Assembly (NCBI GenBank): GCA_002269645.1
Contig: NIVC01000514.1
Span: 310,001 to 374,000 of the forward strand
Direction of reading: 5' to 3'
Origin: Macrostomum lignano
Taxonomy: Eukaryota
Length of the DNA stretch: 64,000 nucleotides
Shown: positions 1 through 11,590 of the stretch, in pieces
Layout: each line of letters begins with the position of its first letter
Numbering within the stretch: the stretch's first letter is position 1
The notes under the pieces: model-generated
Told to the model about the DNA's origin: nothing
Seen by the model: the letters and a program-made list of their open reading frames with translations, nothing else
The model's database searches: none
Program-made: the position numbers and the translations under genes

Positions 1-1030
1 TAATGTGGTCACTAGCTTGTTCTATGTTCATTGACATTGGTTGCTCTGCAAGGCTGGAAATTTGCTCTTATGTTACAGCCAAATAGCAGTTTTGCAGGTG
101 TATCTCTATTCTCATTTGGAATTGTGCAGTAGCTGAATATAGTATGTTGCATGCCCTCTTCAAAACTCTTCTACTCAACCTCAAAGGTTTGTGCCACATG
201 CTTCAGCATTCAATTGAAGACTTCCACCTTGCCATTTTGTCTTTGCTTATACAGTGGAACATATTTGTGTCAGATATCTCATGAAGCGAGAAAGTCCTCC
301 ATTTCTCTAGAGACAAAGCTGCTTCTGTTGTCAAATACCAGGGTATCAGGATTGCAGAAGTGATTGAAGACCTCTGTCAGCCAGTTGATTAGCCTTGGTG
401 ATCTTGTGTCTCTAGTGAGGATCTCAAGATGTGACAAGTAGTAATCAATGAATCATTGATTTTGTGGAGCAATTGCAAACAACCTGATGATGTCAATTGC
501 AAGCTTTGACTAGGCTTTTCAACTGGTCTACCATTTGGCATGATAATTTTGTGCAACTTAGCACTGTCCTGGCATGGTAGACAGAACTTGACAGTTTGTT
601 ATGGTGCTATCTATACCTGGCCACCAGTATGCTGATCGCAGAAGTCATTTCATTTGTACAATTCCCAGGTGTCCTTCATGGGCATGCTTTAGGATTGTCT
701 TGACTAGGCTGCTGGGCAGCACAATTTGTTCACCATGAATCAGGATTTCATTTTCTATTGTCAGTTAGTCTTGTATCTGTGCAAAGGCCTTGAGCTCTGT
801 CTTCATTTTATCAATTGCTTGGGAGCTTTGGATAGCCTTTATAACCTCCTAAAGTATAGTATCTGTGCTTGTTAGCACCTACAGATTTCTTGCAGAAGGG
901 GTATGAATATTTTTGCAAGCAAATGCTGCAGATAGCAGCATTGTCTTTATTATCTGCACTATCTAATCCAGATGTTGGTAGGGCCATAAGTTGTTAATCC
1001 TTGTTACCAATTGATGTGTATTTGTAAGAC
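1..1030 (-). mobile_element. Degenerate Ty3/Gypsy LTR-retrotransposon pol remnant (linker, H2C2 zinc-binding and integrase core), running off the left edge
   Basis: Manual minus-strand translation, with stops and frameshifts: ELKAFAQIQD*LTIENEILIHGEQIVLPSSLVKTILKHAHEGHLGIVQMK*LLRSAYWWPGID (about 790-610), SKLAIDII (about 510-490), NPDTLVFDNRSSFVSREMEDFLAS*DI*HKYVPLYKQRQNGKVEVFN*MLK...TPAKLLFGCNIR (about 360-65). These match Gypsy integrase HHCC and D,D35E motifs. Right boundary approximate. Confidence 0.9.
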
Positions 1031-2113
1031 AGTTTGTTCTGTCTAATTATATATTTGTATTAACAAAAAAGAGCGGAAAAAATTGTTATTGTAGGAGCCC
1101 TTGTCTTGCTCTGCTTGTTAGTTAGTTAGTTAATTCCATTTTCCTCTCATATGCCTAGCCTTTTTATGTGCCAACCATAGATAGTTCAATTGCATGTATA
1201 AAAGTCTGATTTTTTTCAAACTTGCACTGTTTAATCAGAATTTTTCCATGACAATATATGCATTATAGCTAAAAAAATTGCTTGATGCTAAAGGGATTAA
1301 ATATTCGACAAACATGCTTTTTTGCAAAGTTCAAGCAGCTCTTTCTGTTGTGGGCAAGTTCTGCTATTTTTATGCTTTGTACGAGTGCAAATTCACATGT
1401 GCTTATGCTACGCTTGTATGCAGCTGGGTCTATGGTGCTGACGGCCCCTTGGGTATAGGCCCTCGGATGTGATCTGAGGCAAACAGCCCATAGGAAATAA
1501 AAGGAATAAGAAATAGCCAGAACTAAGGCTACAAGCAGGCCAAAATTGGCTGCATTTTATTTTCTATCAAACCTCCACCTTTTATTTGTTGGTTAAAGAC
1601 ACAACACTTTCAATTTGAAATGCATTGTAAGAATGCTAAGAAAAAAACTGACAAGTTGAATTCTGATTCCAAAATAGATGGCATCACAATAGGCTTTTTA
1701 TTTATTGTCTGTATACTGGCTGAATTTTGAGACTCAATTGAATTGCATCATAGTATTGAAAACATGGTGTGGAAACAGCACAATACTTGATTTATATTGT
1801 GTAACTATATTGTTAACTTTAATAGAGACTAGTACTGGTACTGATTTGCCTTAGAAATTGATTATGTCATAATTGTTTTGTGTGCCTTTTACTCTAATTG
1901 ACTTGGTATGAGTGTTAAATTATAAGTGCTACAAATTCACTATATTTTGCTGAGAGCTAGCCTATATATGAATAGATGCATTAGATGTGCTAATGCAACA
2001 ACCTGGGTTCGAATCTTTGTAGTGTAATAATAAAAGTAGTGCAATTTTATTTATTTATTTTTTTATTAAAAGCTTTTATTAAAGGATTAATTGAAAAGAC
2101 CTGGATTACAGTG

Positions 2114-2222
2114 CTTGATAAACCAAGGATTATTTCACTTGATAAACCAAGGATTATTGCACTTAATAAACCAAGGATTATTGCACTTAATAAACCAAGG
2201 ATTATTGCACTTGATAAACCAA
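2114..2222. repeat. Tandem repeat, 24-bp unit (AATAAACCAAGGATTATTGCACTT), about 4.5 copies
   Basis: Seen directly; explains the KPRIIALN periodicity in ORF 2039..2524. Confidence 0.9.
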
Positions 2223-2237
2223 TGATTCTTTCTATCC

Positions 2238-2520
2238 AGGGATGCTTGCTATCTAGGGAGATGCTTTCTATCTGGGGGGATGCTTGCTATTTGAGACTCT
2301 GTCTGGGGGATGCTTGCTATCTGGGGGATGCTTGCTATCTGGGGTATGCTTGCTATCTGGGGGGTGCTTGCTATCTGGGGGATGCTTGCCATCTGGGGTA
2401 TGCTTGCTATCTGGGGGGTGCTTGCTATCTGGGGGATGCTTGCTATCTAGGGGATGCTTGCTATCTGGGGGATGCTTACTATCTGGGGTCTGGAGGATGC
2501 TTACTGTCTTGGGGATGTTT
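2238..2520. repeat. Minisatellite, 18-bp unit (GGGATGCTTGCTATCTGG), about 15 copies
   Basis: Seen directly; source of the GDACYL/GGCLLS pseudo-ORFs. Confidence 0.93.
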
Positions 2521-4244
2521 TTGATTTAGGGGAAATGTCTATTATCTTTTTGAAAACTTTATTTCATTGTCTTTCTGTTTTTTTTAGAAAAAAAGAAAGA
2601 CATTCATAGTAAACATTTTTGTCTGTGACAATTGTACTCATAAGGTGATTTAGAAAAATGAAGGAATTGGTTTTTTAGAAAATGTGCTTATTTAATTGTT
2701 TTCCATGAGCAAATTTTTGCTCCTTGCTTGCGCGCCCTAAAGGGGGGCACTAGTCACTAGATTGCTAGTCACTTTTGCTAAAATAGGATAAGAAAACCAT
2801 TATTATAATAACCAAAACTGTAAAACATAACTAACTAGGCCTAGCTTAGGACCTAGGCCTAGTTAGTTTTGTAGTGCCTCCTCCCTCCTGGCTCCATATG
2901 GCTATACTGATAGACTTTAGGTTTAAGAACTACTATAGATAAGGCCTGGGATATCTTATCTAGACAGATAGTTCATAATTCATAATTTAGCTTTAGGTTA
3001 GGCCTAGGCTACTGATTGATTTGATTAGTATGTAAATGTAAAGTTTCAGACATGACATCAGTCTCCAACGGTGCAACTGCAATAACAGTACCAGCAGAAA
3101 CCATACAGTACTTACTATAGTTAAAAAATAAAATGTAAATCCCAACACCATCATGAACGTACTATGTACACAATCACTGAATCAGAACGCGATAAATTTT
3201 TCATTATTTCAGTCGATGAATTTAAATTAATCAGTCGATAAATATAATTAAATCAGAACAACGAACGACATTGAAAGCTGCTTTTGGTTATGTTTTAGTA
3301 AATTTAGAAGAATTTTGTGCAATTTTTTTTGTTTTTATTTTTTTGTGCTCAAAGAACTTGTAGGTTTTGTTTTTTTAAACTCTACAGTAGCGCGATGTTT
3401 TAAACTCATAAAATTGTAAGAAACCTTCAGGGTAGCTTTAGATTTACCGTTTATAAGAAGTGCATTGGATTGTCGACCAGTATAATAATAATCAGATACT
3501 CCTTTATCGTCTTTTACGTATAAATGCTGAGCCTAATTGTTGCTTCGGATCCCAATATTCTGATTTGAGTTTCCCACTTGAAGCGATTGTAAATAAATAT
3601 CAATAACTCTTCAGTCTTCTGGAACCAATATTTATATCCAAGACTAAGACTAAGAGGACCGAGAGCAAAGAATTTTTCTTCACCCACCACTGTACCCAGC
3701 TATTGGAGATGCTGAGCCAGAATGCTTTGACTCCAAGCCAAGCCTAGACATGGTTGATACCTAGTAAAACACTTGCAGCTATGTTAATTTTTTTAATGAC
3801 CTATATATATATAGTAGTATAGCTTCACTATGCTTAATCTCAGCATTCTTGACTTTATTAGTCTCATTATTTAAATTAAAATATTATTGTTATAGTCAGG
3901 ATTGCTCGCAAGATATACAAGGCATATAAACTATCCTATTTATTTGATACAAATTATAAACCAAGGGCTTGTTGATTTTATAAAGTTTTTAAAGTTTTTA
4001 AACATTTTTATGTTCATGCTTTTTTTGCTAGATTTTTGTTTCAAATTTCAGTCTTTATGACATGTGGATTTAATTCTCATCATATTCAGTGTCCACCCTA
4101 ATAAAAGAATGCAGTTTTTGGTTTAAGTGCCCAGCAATTGTTACATTAACTTTAAGCAACCTTTTTTGTCTTAAGTAATCAATATTTCCCAGAAAACTTA
4201 ATGCATTAAATTACCACCCAATTCAGCTTCAGAGACTAAATACT

Positions 4245-7200
4245 ATGATCGGAACAGTGGCAGCAGCGGCCACTGGCAGTGCAGCTGCAGCATCCAGAGA
4301 CTTATCCAGCAGCTCCACAGGCAACCCGCAGCTGGTGCTGAATGAAATTGAAAAGTCCACGGAGGACAGACGCAGTTATCGCTGCCTGCTGCTCGCCAAT
4401 GGCCTGCGCGCGGTGGCGATCAACGACCCCGACGCAGACAAGTCGGCGGCCACTGCCTGCGTTCGAACCGGCGCGTTGCGCGACCCCCGCAGCTTGCAGG
4501 GCCTGGCGCACTTCTGCGAGCACATGCTGTTCCTGGGCACCACCAGATACCCGGATGAGAACAGTTTCCTGCGCTTCATCAACGAGCACGGCGGAGTGCG
4601 CAACGCCGTCACCTCGGCGGAGTTCACGCGCTATTACTTCGACATCGCGCCGGAGCACCTGCCGGAGGCCCTGGACCGTCTCGGCCAGTTCTTCACCGAG
4701 CCGCTGTTCACCGAGTCCGCCACCGTCCGCGAGGTGAACGCCGTGCACTCCGAGCACGCCAAGAACATCCCCATCGATGCCAGGCGGCTGCTGCGGCTGG
4801 ACCACCACCTGGCCAACCCGCAGCACGACTACAGCAAATACTCGACTGGCTGTCTGGAGACCCTGCTGCCCGACGCCTCCAAGGCTGCTGAGCTGCGCCA
4901 GCGACTGCTGCAATTTCACTCGGAGAATTACTCGGCTAACCTCACCGCGGTGGCGGTTCTGGGCCGCGAGTCGCTCGACCAGCTTCAGCAGCTCATTGTG
5001 GCCGCCTTCTCCGGCGTCGCTAACAAGCAGCTGCCGGTGCCCAGTTGGGAGTCGCATCCCTACGACGGCACTGACTGCGGCGTCGAGGTACAGGTGGTGC
5101 CGCTGCGGGACATTCAGAAACTTGAAGTCGTCTTTCCGATGAAGGACTACACGGAGCAGTTCAGGTGGGCCCGATGAGCTGCTTCCTCGATCAGATGAGT
5201 TGCTTCCTGATAATCCTTGATCACAGATAATCCCTCTCTGATAATCCCTCCCTGATAATCCCTCCGATTATCCCTGACCCCAGATAATCCCTTCCTGACA
5301 ATCACTGATAATCCCCCTCGCTCTTCTGCAGCTCCCAGCCGGCCCACTACGCGAGCCACCTGCTTGGCCACGAGTCCGCGGGCAGCCTGCTGGCGTGCCT
5401 GAAGCGTCGCGGCTGGGCAAACGGCCTCTCCGCCGGCTGCGGAGGCGGCGCCGCCGGCTTCGACTTTTTCCGCGTGTCGGCGGACCTCACGGAGGCCGGC
5501 CTGGCCAACCGGGCAGCCGTCCTGCGCGCCGTTTTCCAATGCGTCGGGCAGCTGCGCCGGGCGGGGCCGCAGGCCTGGGTGCACCGCGAGCTCAGCGACT
5601 TGGCGGCGCTGGCCTTTCGCTACCGGGACCGCGAGCCGTCGGCCGAGGCCACCCAGCGACTGGCCAGGCGGCTGCTGACTTACCCGATGCCCCAGCTGCT
5701 CACCGCCGGCTGCCTTGTCACCGAGTTCGCCCCGAAGCTCATTGCTGAGGTTCGTCTTTGATGTCATTCATGAGCTGGCATTCCTGAGCTGGCATTCCTG
5801 AGCTGGCATTCATGAGCTGGCATCCCTGAGCTGGCATTCATGAGCTGGCATTCCTGAGCTGGCATTCATGAGCTGGCATCCCTAAGCTGGCATTAATGAG
5901 CTGGCATTCCTGAGCTGGCATTCATGAGCTGGCATTCCTGAGCTGGCATTCATGAGCTGGCATTCATGAGCTGGAATTCCTGAGCTGGCATTGATGAGCT
6001 GGCATTCAGGAGCTGGCATTGATCAGCTGGCATTCATAAGCAGGCATTCATAAGCGGGCATTCATGATATGGCTTTCATGAGCTGGCATTCCTGAGCTGG
6101 CATTGATCAGCTGGCATTCATAAGCAGGCATTCATAAGCGGGCATTCATGATATGGCTTTCATGAGCTGGCATTCCTGAGCTGGCATTGATCAGCTGGCA
6201 TTCATAAGCAGGCATTCATAAGCGGGCATTCATGATATGGCTTTCAAGAGCTGGCATTCCTGAGCTGGCATTGATCAGCTGGCATTCATAAGCAGGCATT
6301 CATAAGCGGGCATTCATGATATGGCTTTCATGAGCTGGCATTCCTGAGCTGGCATTGATCAGCTGGCATTCATAAGCAGGCATTCATAAGCGGGCATTTA
6401 TGATATGGCTTCCTGCTTCTAAGTCTGCTTTTTTCTTCTCTAAATAGTCTTTATCCTCAGCCCTTGGTCTTTATCCGTTCGCTACCGCAGGTGCTGGACC
6501 AGCTGCACCCGCACCGCTGCAAGGTATTCGCCGTCTCCAAGGCCTTCGAGCCGCACTGCCCGCCCGACGGTTGCGTCGAGCCGATTTACGGAGTCCGGCA
6601 TCGCCTGCAGCCGCTGCCGCCCGACCTTCTGGCCGCTTGCCTCGCCCTCTACAACGGTGACGCCCCTGCTGATGGGGCGGACAGCCTCCTGTCTGACTTG
6701 CGCCTCCCGGACCCCAACCCGTTCATCCCCAGCCAGTTCGCCCTGATCGCCGTCCCGCCCGGCTCGCCGCCGCCCCGGGTAGTGCTGGAGGAGGCCGGCC
6801 TACGGCTCTGGCACCGGGCCGACGCGCAGTACTGCCTGCCGAAGCTCTGTCTCACCGTTGTCATGGCAACGCCGGACGCCTGGTCAGACGCATTTTCTGC
6901 GGCCAGCTCCCAGCTGCACTGCCAGCTGATGTCGGACGCCCTCAACCCGGTGCTGTACGACGCCCAGCTGGCCGGCCTGTCCGCCTCCCTGGCCGCCTGC
7001 GCCGAGGGGATCTCGCTGAGCATCCAGGGCTTCGGCCACCGTCTGCCGGCCCTGCTGGAGGCCGTGCTGGACCGCCTGAGCCGGCCGGAGGTCGAGCAGC
7101 TGAGATTCGACAGCGTGATTGAGCGGGTGAGCTGCTGCTGGGTGTCCGAGTGTGTGAGCTGCTGCTGGGTGTCCGAGTGTGTGAGCTGCTGCTGGGTGTC

Positions 7201-10200
7201 CGAGTGTGTGAGTTTCTGCTAGGTGTCCGAGTTTGTGAGTTTCTGCTAGGTGTCCGAGTGTGTGAGTTTCTGCTAGGTGTCCGAGTGTGTGAGTTTCTGC
7301 TGGGTGTCCGAGTGTGTGAGTTTCTGCTAGGTGTCCGAGTGTGTGATTTTCTGCTGGGTGTCCGAGTGTGTGAGTTTCTGCTAGGTGTCCGAGTGTGTGA
7401 GTTTCTGCTGGGTGTCCGAGTGTGTGAGTTTCTGCTAGGTGTCCGAGTGTATGGGTTTCTGCTGGGTGTCCGAGTGTGTGGGTTTTTGCTGGGTGTCCGA
7501 GTGTGTGAGTTTCTGCTAGGTGTCCGAGTGTGTGAGTTTCTGATGGGTGTCCGAGTGTGTGGGTTTTTGCTGGGTGTCCGAGTGTGTGAGTTTCTGATGG
7601 GTGTCCGAGTGTGTGGGTTTTTGCTGGGTGTCCGAGTGTGTGAGTTTCTGCTAGGTGTCCGAGTGTATGGGTTTCTGCTGGGTGTCCGAGTGTGTGAGTT
7701 TCTGCTGGGTGTCCAACTGTGTGAGTTTCTGCTGGGTGTCCGAGTGTGTGAGTTTCTGCTAGGTGTCCGAGTGTATGGGTTTTTGCTGGGTGTCCGAGTG
7801 TGTGAGTTTCTGATGGGTGTCAGAGTGTGTGAGTTTCTGCTGGGTGTCCGAGTGTGTGAGTTTCTGCTGGGTGTCCGAGTGTATGGGTTTTTGCTGGGTG
7901 TCCGAGTGTGTGAGTTTCTGATGGGTGTCCGAGTGTGTGGGTTTCCGAGTGTGTGAGTTTCTGATGGGTGTCCGAGTGTGTGAGTTTCTGCTGGGTGTCC
8001 GAGTGTGTGAGTTTCTGCTGGGTGTCCGAGTGTGTGAGTTTCTGCTGGGTGTCCGAGTGCGTGAGTTTCTGCTGGGTGTCCGAGTGTGAGCCGCTGTGTC
8101 TGAGAGAACCGAGCCAGTTAATTTCACTCAGCCAATGACTGTCCGGTCCCGCAGTACCGAAAAAGCCTGAAGAACTTCGCCCTGGAGCAGCCGCTGCAGC
8201 AGTGCCTGTTCCACCAGTCCGTCCTCTGCTGCAGCCTTGTCTGGACGCACCAGCAGCGCCTGGACGCCATCGAAGGTGAGAAATCGGTTTAGCTGGGGCA
8301 GAGCAGCTCAAGCGTCTGACTCTCGCGCCAAAGGGCTTCCTGCTGGCCTCCTCACTGGCTGCGTCTCTGGCTCTCTGCCCCCGCAGGCGCCACCCCGGCA
8401 GCCGCTGCCGAGTTCGCCCGCTGCCAGTTGCTCCCTGCAGCCGCCGGTGGCCGGCCGCGCTTTCTCCTGGCTTTCGCCTGCGGCAACGCCGAGGTCGAGC
8501 AGGTGGTCGCCGCCGGCGGCGGCATCGCCCAGACTCTGCGGCGCCACGCAGCAGCCGCCGATGGCAGCCAGGGCCGGCCTCAGCCGCCGGAGCGGCAGCC
8601 GCACCGACAGCGGGACGTCCTGCTGCCCGAGGCCGGAGACGCACGCCGCCACCACCTGCTGCGCTGCCTGGCCGCTGAACATCACAAGTGCGCTGGGGAC
8701 TTTTGGACATTATTATTGCAAACTGGTAGTGGTGGACACATTTAAATGGACACTTGTGGACACATTTAAATAGACACTTGTGGACACATTTAAATAGACA
8801 CTTGTGGACACATTTAAATGGACACTTGTGGACACATTTATATAGACACTTGTGGACACATTTAAATGGACACTTGTGGACACATTTAAATGGACACTTG
8901 TGGACACATTTAAATAGAAACTTGTGGACACATTTAAATAGACACTTGTGGACACATTTAAATAGACACTTGTGGACACACTTAAATGGACACTTGTGGA
9001 CACATTTAAATAGACACTTGTGGACACATTTAAATGGACACTTGTGGACACATTTAAATAGACACTTGTGGACACATTTAAATAGACACTTGTGGACACA
9101 TTTAAATGGACACTTGTGGACACATTTAAATAGACACTTGTGGACACATTTAAATGGACACTTGTGGACACATTTAAATAGACACTAGTGGACACATTTA
9201 AATAGACACTTGTGGACACATTTAAATAGACACTTGTGGACACATTTAAATAGACACTTGTGGACACATTTAAATGGACACCTGTGGACACATTGAAAAT
9301 CTTTTGGGCACACTGAGTGACTGATGAGCACACTGAGTGATTCGTGGACACACTGACTGACCGGTACTCGTCACGCCGCCTGCAGGTCGTCAGCCTGCGT
9401 GGTGTACTTTCAGGTGGAGCCGGCGACCACCCCGGAGGGCCAGCTGCGCAGGCAGGCGCTGACGAAGCTGCTGGTGCAGTCGCTGAAGGAGCGATTCTTC
9501 AACTCGCTGCGCACTCAGCAGCAGCTCGGCTACCTGGTGCAGCTGGCCGAGCGGCCCGGCGTCGCCGCCTGCGGCTTGAGCTTCTGCGTGCAGTCGGAGC
9601 GCCACCCGGCCGAGCTGGAGAGTCGCATCGACGAATTCGTGGAGGCCGCGGGGCCGCTGCTGGCCGCCATGACGCCGGCGGAGCTGCGAGACCACGCGGA
9701 GGCGCTGCGGGCCCGCCTGCTGGAGCGGCCGAAGCGGCTGTCCGGCCGGAGCGCCGCTGACTGGGCGGAGATCGCCAGCGGCGCCGCCTGCTTCGACCGG
9801 CCGGACCGGCTGGCCGCGCTGCTGCTCCCGCCCGGTGGCACCTCCGAGCAGTCGGCGGTCGAGGCTGGCCCACTGCGCCACGAGGAGCTGCTTGACTTTT
9901 ATCGGGTGAGCGCCTAAAGCCATGACTTTTTTCTGATTTATGACCTCATTCGCTGGCTCATGACCTCTCACTCACTGGCTCATAACCTCACTCACTGACT
10001 CATGACCTCATTCACTGACTCATGACCTCATTTACTGATTCATGACCTCATTCACTGACTTACAACCTCATTCGCTGGCTCATGACCTCATTCACTGACT
10101 CATGACCTCATTTACTGATTCATGACCTCATTCACTGACTTACAACCTCATTCGCTGGCTCATGACCTCATTCACTGACTCATGACCTCATTCACTGGTT

Positions 10201-10982
10201 TATGACATCACACTGACTCACAACCTCATTCACTGACTCATGACCTCACTCACTGACTCACAACCTCATTCACTGGCTGATGACCTCATTCACTGGCTCA
10301 TGACCTCATTCACTGACTCACTGACCCACAACCTCATTCACAGGTTGATGACCTCATTCACTGAGTCACTTCTTCGTTCACTAACTCATGACCTCATTCA
10401 CTGACTCATGACCTCACTCACTGACTCACAACCTCATTCACTGGCTGATGACCTCATTCACTGGCTCATGACCTCATTCACTGACTCACTGACCCACAAC
10501 CTCATTCACAGGTTGATGACCTCATTCACTGAGTCACTTCTTCGTTCACTAACTCATGACCTCATTCACTGACTCATGACCTCACTCACTGACTCACAAC
10601 CTCATTCACTGGCTGATGACCTCATTCACTGACTCATGAGCTCATTTACTGAACTGTGACCGAATTTCGACCCCGCAGACCTGGGTGGCCAAGGATTCAC
10701 CCCGCAGGCGCAAGCTCGCCATTCACGTGATCTCGCAGAAGTCATTCGGTCCCGCTGTGCAGGAGGACAAGTATGAGGGCTACCCGGTGAGTCCAGACTT
10801 CTCCTGACTGCTTACTGATAGTAGCATTCATGATTCTTAATCAGCTTACTGATAGTAGCATTCATGATTCTTAATCAGCTCTGATGAAATTGTATTTTGT
10901 TCACTCCAAGGGCTCCGTCATCGCGGATGTGGCAGCCTTCAAGAGCGGCCTGAAGCTGGGCCCGCTGCCAGCCCGGTTCTGA
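4245..10982 (+). CDS. IDE: Insulin-degrading enzyme (insulysin)-like M16A zinc metallopeptidase, about 1031 aa
   Basis: Exons 4245-5164, 5332-5749, 6491-7126, 8155-8275, 8387-8687, 9386-9905, 10679-10786, 10911-10982. All introns GT-AG, phases consistent, total 3096 nt. Intact inverted zinc motif GLAHFCEHMLFLGT, then AREVNAVHSEH, HYASHLLGHESAGSLL, FNSLRTQQQLGYLV, PRRRKLAIHV, AFKSGLKLGP, collinear with insulysin. Strict orthology versus a paralog not tested. Confidence 0.9.
5765..6410. repeat. IDE intron 2 minisatellite, 14-bp unit (GAGCTGGCATTCCT) turning into an 84-bp higher-order repeat
   Basis: Monomers from about 5765; 6x14-bp higher-order units start at 5996, 6080, 6164, 6248 and 6332. 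Confidence 0.93.
7127..8095. repeat. IDE intron 3 minisatellite, 27-bp unit (GTGAGTTTCTGCTGGGTGTCCGAGTGT), about 35 copies
   Basis: Array starts exactly at the exon 3 donor GT (7127); seen directly. Confidence 0.95.
8730..9292. repeat. IDE intron 5 minisatellite, 24-bp unit (GTGGACACATTTAAATAGACACTT), about 23 copies
   Basis: Seen directly. Confidence 0.95.
9940..10650. repeat. IDE intron 6 minisatellite, about 20-bp unit (CATGACCTCATTCACTGACT) with larger internal duplications
   Basis: Seen directly. Confidence 0.92.
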
Positions 10983-11140
10983 CCCGGCAGGCCGAGAGCG
11001 GCAGAGGAATTAAAAAACTCATTTAGCATCTCAAAAATCTTCCAGGCACGCACTGGCAGTTTCGCAAATTGCATTTGTTCCTGCGCTGTGCCTGTGTCAC
11101 ATTTAGTGCTGAAAGCATCGAAGGCAGAGAACTGCTGAAC

Positions 11141-11146
11141 AATAAA
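11141..11146 (+). terminator. AATAAA polyadenylation signal of the IDE-like gene
   Basis: Canonical hexamer about 160 nt after the TGA at 10982. Confidence 0.55.
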
Positions 11147-11350
11147 ACAAGATGAAGGCTTTCAGGTCACACCTGAGCTGTTTAATTAATTATTAAAAAT
11201 GCAAATCTGCGCACAGTTCAAGGGCAGTGGCATTTCGCTTTTCCATTCTTTTCTCGTCTCAGCTTTACCTGCTTTATTCATCCATTGAGTAATCATTTGG
11301 CAGCGGCCGGTGCCGCAAGCCAGCGGGGGGGGGGGCAAACCGCCATGCCC

Positions 11351-11428
11351 AGAGGCCGCGCGCGGAATCGAACCCGGGTTACTTTGACGCGAGGGCCCGA
11401 CGTGCTGACCGCTGAGCTGCCTCGCCCC
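11351..11428 (-). mobile_element. tRNA-derived SINE head or tRNA pseudogene
   Basis: Minus strand GGGGCGAGGCAGCTCAGCGGTCAGCAC...CCCGGGTTCGATTCCGCG has Pol III A-box and B-box (GGTTCGATTCC) motifs, but the anticodon stem does not pair. Confidence 0.6.
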
Positions 11429-11590
11429 ATTGATTCAGCCATGGCGCCCTCTAAGCTGGCTGTCTATGGCCGAACTGGGACTGCAGGAAGTGAGAAGCAA
11501 AAATCTGATATTCAGCCAAGCCTCAAGGCAGCCGCTTGAAAACTGAGCTAAGAATTTGATTGCTTGAAGTTCTGTTTGACATTCGCAGCG

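Noticed and set aside
4302-5057. Antisense and alternative-frame ORFs overlapping IDE, TBL1 and PPM1 exons
   Set aside because: Expected shadows of GC3-rich coding sequence; no recognisable motifs.
7150-7956. 268-aa ORF (CEFLLGVRV)n and similar repeat ORFs at 8713, 13881, 17544-18432, 19569, 21489, 36563, 42549, 48833, 50802, 51654, 57091, 58041 and 59541
   Set aside because: Each coincides with a tandem array; they are frame artefacts, with real coding only in the exon portions already assigned.
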